Assembly (NCBI GenBank): GCA_964538235.1
Contig: CAZIFJ010000001.1
Coordinates: forward strand, 31,348-95,347
Direction: 5' to 3'
DNA from: Candidatus Woesearchaeota archaeon
Lineage (GTDB): Archaea; Nanobdellota; Nanobdellia; Pacearchaeales; GW2011-AR1
DNA length: 64,000 bases
The position numbers and the translations under genes were made by a program. The number at the start of each line of letters is the position of its first letter. Within the stretch, counting starts at the first letter, position 1. This document shows positions 57,547 through 64,000 of the stretch, in pieces. The notes under the pieces are model-generated. The model was not told the DNA's origin, did not search any database, and worked only from the letters and a program-made list of their open reading frames with translations.

Positions 57547-59502
57547 TTATCTTGAAGAAATTCTTACAGCAACAATAATTATGAATATAATTAATATCAA
57601 ATTAACTATTCCAATTATCCAGATTACTTTGTTGTCTCCGAATACTGATGTTGTTTTTGCTTTTCCTTCAATATTAACTGCAATTTCTTTTGTTTGAGTT
57701 TTTTCATTTGCTGTCAATTCAAGTGTAAATGATTCTTCACCTTCAGCAGATTCGCTTGGAGTGAAAACAATTTCAACATCTTTAGATTCTCCAGCAGTTA
57801 ATGTTACAACTCCGCTTGAAACAGATTTCAATTCTCCCCATGTGCTGAATCCTTTAACATCAACAGCATAATTCTTTGTTTCTGTTCCTGTGTTAACAAT
57901 AGTTGTTTTAATTTTCAAATCTTCTCCAACTTTTGCTTCAGATATCAATGAAGCTGTTATCAATGCAATATTTCCGCTTGTAGGTGTAGGAATTGTTGAA
58001 CAGCCAATTACTTGATAAAATATCTTTGTTACTTCATCAGAACTCATTCTATAAAGATCATTTCTATAATCGTATTCTGCATTTAATTCTAAATTATAAG
58101 TCTTATCAACCGCATCTCTTGGAATATCAAAAGTAAAGCTCACGTCAGCATCTTCTCCTTGATCTAAATCACTTTTTATTTCAGCAAAAGTATTTATTTT
58201 TAATTCTTTGTTAAATAAAGTAACTTTAACCTGGTCTTGATCTTCATCTCCAACATTATGAACTTCAGCATCTAATTTTACTGTGTCCCCGCAAACTGCG
58301 GTTTCAGGTGAAATTTTTATATTATTAAAAGCTATAAATTTACCTTCATCTGTTTCTTTATCAGCTGATATTCTATGGAATATTTTATCACTTAAATCAA
58401 CATCAGAACTATCAACACACTGATTAGTTTCTCCCAAATCATCACTGAATGCTTTTACAGCAAGTTTATAATCTCCTTCATCAAAATCCGCAGGAACAAT
58501 AAATTCAAATGTTGCTGTTTCTTTATCATCATGTTTTATACTTCCAAGGTCAACTTCTTCTTCATCAGAACTAACAAAATCTAGATCATTTATTCTGTTT
58601 ATTCCAGAGCCATCAAATAATCCTAATTCAACTTTAACTTCTTTCACACTATTTTCATTATCTAAATTTTCAACATCAATCTCAATTTTAACTTCATCAA
58701 GAGGTTTCCATTCATCATCTTCATCCCCTTCGCTGTTTATATCAAAGCTTCTTATTTTTAGCTTGTTTCCAGCGCTTCCAGATTGACAGAAAGTTTTTGA
58801 TAATGTTAATGCTAATGTTTGAGAGACCGCCCCGCTAACAGAAGCATTTACTGTAACACTATTTGTTCCGAATTTTAAATCATCAAACAAGGTTGGTTTT
58901 ACAATTAAGTCAGGGAAAACTGAAATTGTTCCAGATTCAACTCCAGCGTTTAATGTAACACTATCAGAAGAAAAAGCAACAGGAAAATCTCCAGAATCAG
59001 ATAAGCTAATTGTTAAAGGTTGATTACCAGTGTTTTTTAATTTAATAGAAGCATTTTGTTTTAATGTTAAATCAGAAACTTTTGTTAAAGATAATGTTTT
59101 AGACTGATTTATATTTATTTCAAATAGTTTTGTAGCCGCCACACCATCATCTTGAACTTTTATACTACCAGTTATTATTCCAGAAGAATGTGCAGGAATA
59201 GTTATTGTAGCAGTTATATTTTTTGGGACCCCAACATCAACGCTTACGTTCGTAGCAACATTTCCAGTTATTGTTGCTCCAGAAGGTGAAGTTATAGAAT
59301 TCGTAACAAGAACATTTCCATTTGTATCTCCGCTATTAGTTAATTGAATTGTAATAGGAAATGAACTATCATGATTTACACTTGATGGAGTAAATACTTG
59401 GAAGTCTCCAGAATTAACTGTAACAGTTGCACTCCCAACTCCAGTTAAAATTACTAAAGAAAATAATGCCAAACTTAATAATTTGAATAGTTTGTTTTTC
59501 AT
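57547..59502 (-). CDS. Large surface protein with repeated beta-rich (CARDB/Ig-like) segments and a C-terminal TM anchor
   Basis: There is a signal peptide. 651 aa, Thr/Ser/Val-rich. A TM segment lies at the extreme C-terminus. Confidence 0.55.
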   Translation of the reverse strand: MKNKLFKLLSLALFSLVILTGVGSATVTVNSGDFQVFTPSSVNHDSSFPITIQLTNSGDTNGNVLVTNSITSPSGATITGNVATNVSVDVGVPKNITATITIPAHSSGIITGSIKVQDDGVAATKLFEININQSKTLSLTKVSDLTLKQNASIKLKNTGNQPLTISLSDSGDFPVAFSSDSVTLNAGVESGTISVFPDLIVKPTLFDDLKFGTNSVTVNASVSGAVSQTLALTLSKTFCQSGSAGNKLKIRSFDINSEGDEDDEWKPLDEVKIEIDVENLDNENSVKEVKVELGLFDGSGINRINDLDFVSSDEEEVDLGSIKHDDKETATFEFIVPADFDEGDYKLAVKAFSDDLGETNQCVDSSDVDLSDKIFHRISADKETDEGKFIAFNNIKISPETAVCGDTVKLDAEVHNVGDEDQDQVKVTLFNKELKINTFAEIKSDLDQGEDADVSFTFDIPRDAVDKTYNLELNAEYDYRNDLYRMSSDEVTKIFYQVIGCSTIPTPTSGNIALITASLISEAKVGEDLKIKTTIVNTGTETKNYAVDVKGFSTWGELKSVSSGVVTLTAGESKDVEIVFTPSESAEGEESFTLELTANEKTQTKEIAVNIEGKAKTTSVFGDNKVIWIIGIVNLILIIFIIIVAVRISSR

Positions 59503-59662
59503 GTTGTTGTAATTACGTAATTACAATTACTATTTAAACTTTTCTATTTTACAAAATTAACTATCAATGAGTAGAGAATCAAGAAATTTTTTATTTTTTA
59601 TTGTTTTCCGATAATATAGAAAAGTATAAATAAAATAAAATGTTGAATAAATTATAAAAAAG

Positions 59663-60031
59663 ATGACAATCCGTTCACGTGAAAATTTATTGGGTGCAAG
59701 GGCTTTTCTGGTTGCAGTAATATTAGCAGTTATAGTTGGAATTTTCGCAGGAGATAAAATAAGTCCATTAATTTCTGGAATATTTACTTTATTAGGGTTA
59801 TTATTAGGATATTTAGTTTCCGAAAGAGACGCACAAACATTTCTTTTTGCTTCTGTCTCTTTAGTTTTAGTTAGCTTTGCGGGAATACAGGGATTAGTTA
59901 TCAACGCCGCAATTAGTGGAATAGAAATAGGAAAGTTAGTCTCTTCTGTTTTGAGCACACTCCTTCTTTTATTCGTCCCTTCAACAATCGTCGTAGCATT
60001 AAAATCAGTTTTTGCGATTTCTTATAATTGA
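59663..60031 (+). CDS. Small membrane protein (4 TM)
   Basis: 122 aa and hydrophobic. It was preferred over the overlapping antisense ORF at 59557..59958. Confidence 0.45.
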   Translation: MTIRSRENLLGARAFLVAVILAVIVGIFAGDKISPLISGIFTLLGLLLGYLVSERDAQTFLFASVSLVLVSFAGIQGLVINAAISGIEIGKLVSSVLSTLLLLFVPSTIVVALKSVFAISYN

Positions 60032-60194
60032 TTTTATTTATTAGATAGTTTCCAAAGCCGCTCAAAGTATTCTTTAAATGATTTTAATAATTCTTTATTC
60101 TCAATTAAAATAATGAAGGGTATATTTTCTTCGCTAACAGAATATAAAGTAATTCATTGTAAATATTCATTACATTTGGTATTATAAAACTTTT

Positions 60195-60575
60195 TTAAGC
60201 CAAGAAATCAACTTTATTCTCTTTTGGTTTAGGTGCAGGAGTTTTATGTATCACTGCAAATTGCGGTGTAGCAATTATAACGTTTTCCCCAAAGCCAGCA
60301 ATTGAGCCTTCAAGAGCATCAACTGTCTTTTTGATTTTTGCAACAGCTCTTTTTAATTCAATAATATCTTTTGTTTTCAAAGGTTTTATATCAATTACAG
60401 CAATTGTATATCCTTCTCTCAACGCGTTTAGAATATCATTTATATCTTCAAAAGTTCTCAAGATAAAAGGCCTTACTGCTACTTTATTTTCTTTAGTTTT
60501 ATTAGATTCTAAATCAATTTCTAAGTAGTCCTCTCCATTTTTCCCACCAAACATCTTTTTAAAATTAAAAACCAT
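60195..60575 (-). CDS. sepF: SepF-like cell-division protein
   Basis: FEDINDILNALREGYTIAVIDIKPLKTKDIIELKRAVAKIKKTVDALEGSIAGFGENVIIATP matches the SepF/DUF552 C-domain pattern. Confidence 0.65.
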   Translation of the reverse strand: MVFNFKKMFGGKNGEDYLEIDLESNKTKENKVAVRPFILRTFEDINDILNALREGYTIAVIDIKPLKTKDIIELKRAVAKIKKTVDALEGSIAGFGENVIIATPQFAVIHKTPAPKPKENKVDFLA

Positions 60576-60655
60576 AGCTTTTTTTATAACATTTACTATA
60601 TAAATATTGCTGTGTTTTAAATATTATTTTAAATTAAGATAATTCAAATAGAAAA

Positions 60656-60793
60656 TTAAATTGCTTTTACTTTTACTATCGCTGCTCTCGGTTTAAAAAA
60701 AATTTTTGAGCCGCAATGTGGGCAGACAAATCTTTTTTCAAGAATTTTATTGCTTATTGTTTTTCCACAACTAAAACATTTATATTGAGCCAT
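60656..60793 (-). CDS. rpoP: DNA-directed RNA polymerase subunit P (RpoP/Rpb12-like Zn-ribbon)
   Basis: MAQYKCFSCGKTISNKILEKRFVCPHCGSKIFFKPRAAIVKVKAI, 45 aa, with CxxC...CxxC. It is below the ORF-track threshold. Confidence 0.7.
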   Translation of the reverse strand: MAQYKCFSCGKTISNKILEKRFVCPHCGSKIFFKPRAAIVKVKAI

Positions 60794-60817
60794 ATTTGTT
60801 TGTATTTTTTGGGTTTT

Positions 60818-61507
60818 TTAAATCTGTTGTTTTTCCGATTTCAAACTCTTTGATTTTTTATTTTCAAATTTTCCAGCCGCTTCAAACATTAACATTATCT
60901 CAAAAATATAAGCAATAAGTAATATTAAATATCCTACTAAAATTATAAGTGTCGCGCCAGCAACAATATTCAAAATTCCAGTAGTATTAGCCAATTTTAA
61001 TTTATCCTTCATTTTTCTTATTGCAATTCCAAAAAATATATAATAAACCCCCAAAGCAATCGATATAATTATAAAAAATATAATCGTAACAAATCCAAGA
61101 GTAGTAAGTGCTTGTAAATTTTGCAATTCTTCTACAGAAAGATTGCCAAAATTTCCATGACTTTCAGCAGAAGCAAAGTTCATCCCACTAGATACAAGAT
61201 TTAATAGAATCCCAAAAACAGCAAAAGCAATACTAACCCATGTTAAACTAACAAGAAGTTTATTGTTAAATTTTTTTCCTAATAAAATAAACCCATAAAA
61301 AAAATAAATTGTCAAAACCCCATTTATGATTCCAGATAAACTAAATATTAAATCTAATGATTTTGGTATATCATCGTAATTGTTATACCATATGTAAAAT
61401 CCAGCTGAAACAAAAACTAAAGTAATTATTAAAGAAAAAATTCCACACCATGCTGCAGTTGTTAAAGGTTTTCTCATTTTATTTTGGAGTATATGCATTT
61501 CCCGCAA
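60818..61507 (-). CDS. Polytopic membrane protein
   Basis: 229 aa with about 6 TM helices. Confidence 0.5.
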   Translation of the reverse strand: MREMHILQNKMRKPLTTAAWCGIFSLIITLVFVSAGFYIWYNNYDDIPKSLDLIFSLSGIINGVLTIYFFYGFILLGKKFNNKLLVSLTWVSIAFAVFGILLNLVSSGMNFASAESHGNFGNLSVEELQNLQALTTLGFVTIIFFIIISIALGVYYIFFGIAIRKMKDKLKLANTTGILNIVAGATLIILVGYLILLIAYIFEIMLMFEAAGKFENKKSKSLKSEKQQI

Positions 61508-61697
61508 AAACTTTTCCAGTTTTCAAGCATTTCCAAATTCCAACAGCAAGTCTTTTTAATTTTCCTCTTGGATGAAATGGAGATTGGTGTATTTTTCTTT
61601 GCTCAGCTTCAACAGCATTAAAATTATTTCTAACTCTTCTGCCATATCCTGGTCCAAATTTTCCAGCCGCCTTGATTTTTTTTGTTTTTGCTCCCAT
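61479..61697 (-). CDS. rpl37ae: 50S ribosomal protein L37Ae
   Basis: MGAKTKKIKAAGKFGPGYGRRVR...WKCLKTGKVFAGNAYTPK. The start is probably the internal Met. Confidence 0.8.
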   Translation of the reverse strand: MGAKTKKIKAAGKFGPGYGRRVRNNFNAVEAEQRKIHQSPFHPRGKLKRLAVGIWKCLKTGKVFAGNAYTPK

Positions 61698-61825
61698 TTT
61701 TAATTTAAATCTCAAAGGTTTTTAAACGTTTGCGAAATTTCAAAATTTTAATCAATTAAAATCTTTTTCATTTCATAAATCTTCGAAAACAAAATATTTA
61801 AATACATAATTATTTATTTAAATAC

Positions 61826-64000
61826 ATGAAAAAAGAGAAAATCTTAGTATTTTTTATTTTTTTATTTTTTTTAATAGCATTTGTTTCTGCTAACACTTAT
61901 TTATCTGATGTTTATTTTACTGTTCCTGATACTCTTTATACTACAAATGAAAGTATAGAGTTTAAAGGATATATTTATCAGAATAACAGCGACGGAAATT
62001 CTTCTACTTATGGGGCGCTTGCAAATGCCTCAGTTAATTTTACAATTAAATATAGCAACGGAACTTATTTTTCTAATTATACTTTTACAACAGACTCTAC
62101 TGGAGCTTTTTATTCAGAAAGTAATTATTATTCTGGAGCGAAAAATATCAGTGCCCCCTTAACTAACGGAACATATATTTTAAGAGCCCAATATAATGAT
62201 TCAAACAATAATGTTTCTTTTTCTGAAATAGAAGTTTCTGTTGTTAATCAAACTTTGGACGTTTTAAAAATCAAACCAAATAAAGCAGTATATAATCCTT
62301 CTGAGTCTATGAGCGCTGAAGTAGAAGCAGTTCGTTTAGTTGGAGATAAAATTTTATATGTCGCAAATATTTCTGTAAATGGAAGCGTAGTCAATTCAAC
62401 TAAAGTAGCTATTCAAGGTTTTAATTGCACAACAGGAAATGATGGAAAGTGTTCTATTAGTTTAACTTCTCCTTCTTCATATGGAGACTATTTTTTAGAG
62501 ATAGGGGATTTCAAAACATTCAGTTCTTTTTCTGTTATTCCTTTTTCTTATGGGATTTATGTAAAAGATGATACAACAAGTAGTTTAAAAAATATTTTTT
62601 CTTTGGGAGAAAAAGCAAAAGTTGAAGTTAAAATTAATAATGCTTCAAGTTCGGATATTTACACATTTTCTGGATATATCGCTGATTCTGCTGGGAATTC
62701 CATTAAATCTATTACCTCTTCTGTTTTAAACAGCACAAATTCTTTTACAAATAGTTATTCATTCACAGTTGATGCTTTGACATTTGGCTATGGTCCTTAT
62801 CTTGTTTATATTACTGTATCTAAATCTGGAGATGGAAGTATTACTTCATTGTCTTCTTTTAGTGTTCAGGATTGGGTTTTATCTGTTGAGAAAAAAACTT
62901 CTAATTCAGGATTTGAGTACGAATATAGTGCGTTTTCAAATAAAACTTTAAGATTTCAAGCTTCTCCATCTTATAGATTAAATGGCTCTATTATTCCAGA
63001 AATTAATTTTTCTTTTTTTACAATTAGTTTGAAAGATAGTTTGAATAATGTTGTTGCATCAGCAAATACATCATGGAATGCAACTTGCGGTAAATCTGGA
63101 TGCTATGAATACTCTTTAGTCTCTCCACTTTATCTTGGAAAGTATTATATTTCTACAACTCTTTCTCATTCTGGAGATAGTCAAATCGATACAAAAGTTG
63201 TTAATATTATTTCTGGAGCTATGTCCGGACAATCAACTGACAAAGACGGAACTCTCAAAGAACTTTTTGGAACAAATGAATATGTTTATCTTTCTCTATC
63301 ATCTTATAACGCGACAAGCACAAGTTTTAATTTAAGTGACGCTGAAATTTTTCTCGTTAGTTATATGAATGGAACTGCTTTTTCCTATACAAAGTTAAAT
63401 AATTTTACCGCAATAAATTCTTCTAATAATATTAGTGAGTGGGCTTGGAATTCAACTTTGCAAAGATTTAAACTTGATGTTCCTAAGATTGGAGGAGTCT
63501 ACGATGTTTTCATTTTTGGAAATAATAGAACATTAGGAGCAGAAACTAAATTTATTGTAAATCCTTATGATGTTTGTTCTTCTGCGAAAAATACTCCTGG
63601 AAATGTTTCTTCTGGATATTATTATGTTTATCAATTCAAAACAAGTGATACTGTTTATTTTGAATTAAAATTAACACAAGCCAACAACCCTACAGGAAAA
63701 GCCACCGCATCTAACATAACAAATAGCTCTTATGGAAAAGGCGCCGCGTGTTCTATCGATACTACAACAAAACAGGTTGTTAGCAACGCAACTATCTCTG
63801 TTGTTGAAGTTAAAAATCTTGAAACTGGCTCTTTGCAAATATTAAACACAACTGAAACAATTTGTCAAGCAAGTGATAGTTCTGGAGCATATTCTTGTAC
63901 TGTTAAACCACTTTCAAAATGGGACGGCGGAATTAATATTATTAAATTTAATATTCAAGGGACAGATGGTTCTTCTTCAATTTATTATTCTAATTTTGAA
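61826..64000 (+). CDS. Very large secreted surface glycoprotein candidate (partial; open to the window end)
   Basis: The ATG is at 61826 and the frame stays open for 725 codons to position 64000, so it is missing from the ORF track. There is a signal peptide, MKKEKILVFFIFLFFLIAFVSA, and extremely many N-x-S/T sequons. Confidence 0.6.
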   Translation, partial: MKKEKILVFFIFLFFLIAFVSANTYLSDVYFTVPDTLYTTNESIEFKGYIYQNNSDGNSSTYGALANASVNFTIKYSNGTYFSNYTFTTDSTGAFYSESNYYSGAKNISAPLTNGTYILRAQYNDSNNNVSFSEIEVSVVNQTLDVLKIKPNKAVYNPSESMSAEVEAVRLVGDKILYVANISVNGSVVNSTKVAIQGFNCTTGNDGKCSISLTSPSSYGDYFLEIGDFKTFSSFSVIPFSYGIYVKDDTTSSLKNIFSLGEKAKVEVKINNASSSDIYTFSGYIADSAGNSIKSITSSVLNSTNSFTNSYSFTVDALTFGYGPYLVYITVSKSGDGSITSLSSFSVQDWVLSVEKKTSNSGFEYEYSAFSNKTLRFQASPSYRLNGSIIPEINFSFFTISLKDSLNNVVASANTSWNATCGKSGCYEYSLVSPLYLGKYYISTTLSHSGDSQIDTKVVNIISGAMSGQSTDKDGTLKELFGTNEYVYLSLSSYNATSTSFNLSDAEIFLVSYMNGTAFSYTKLNNFTAINSSNNISEWAWNSTLQRFKLDVPKIGGVYDVFIFGNNRTLGAETKFIVNPYDVCSSAKNTPGNVSSGYYYVYQFKTSDTVYFELKLTQANNPTGKATASNITNSSYGKGAACSIDTTTKQVVSNATISVVEVKNLETGSLQILNTTETICQASDSSGAYSCTVKPLSKWDGGINIIKFNIQGTDGSSSIYYSNFE

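Noticed and set aside
59557-59958. 133-aa minus-strand ORF
   Set aside because: It overlaps almost entirely with a more convincing + strand membrane-protein ORF.
1-64000. CRISPR arrays, transposases/IS elements, rRNA genes
   Set aside because: No regularly spaced direct repeats were seen. No DDE or serine-recombinase-like ORFs were seen. No rRNA-like GC-rich stretches were seen beyond the ~260-nt island.

Overview
The window is very AT-rich, with short intergenic spacers and many overlapping start/stop codons on both strands. It looks like a small-genome archaeon, probably DPANN-like. This is inferred from several features read together: a single-polypeptide PriS–PriL primase, a compact Rad50, more than ten class-III-signal pilins, an intron-containing tRNA, aCPSF1, and Pop5/RpoP/L37ae/SepF.

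Housekeeping genes:
- Ribosomal proteins L4 (partial) and L3.
- PCNA and the fused primase.
- Thioredoxin reductase.
- CCA-adding enzyme.
- aCPSF1 and proteasome beta subunit.
- Rad50 and Mre11.
- ArgRS and an intron-containing tRNA-Thr(CGU).
- HtrA-like protease, RNase P Pop5, DedA, SepF, RpoP and L37ae.

Cell-surface and accessory content:
- Four separate pilin clusters, plus a FlaI/TadA-like ATPase and a split TadB/C-like platform.
- Several very large secreted, membrane-anchored surface proteins with many N-glycosylation sequons.
- An S-layer-like gene with a strong RBS.
- A defence island at about 9.5–17.5 kb, in order:
  - a secreted SNase;
  - a YbaK-like deacylase;
  - a HEPN–MNT pair;
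  - an unknown overlapping gene pair;
  - a duplicated C-terminal fragment of the restriction-modification (RM) enzyme;
  - HicA and HicB;
  - a membrane protein;
  - a type IIG RM enzyme.
- MazEF, and a GTPase with a small partner and a Zn-ribbon protein.
- An ArmA/Rmt-like 16S rRNA methyltransferase homologue.

The most interesting non-coding signals:
- A GC-rich composite hairpin element in three copies, with compensatory base-pair changes.
- A second two-copy structured element of about 110 nt with three hairpins and clear covariation.
- An orphan GC-rich ~260-nt region with no ORF that looks like a structured RNA.

No CRISPR array or transposase was seen.
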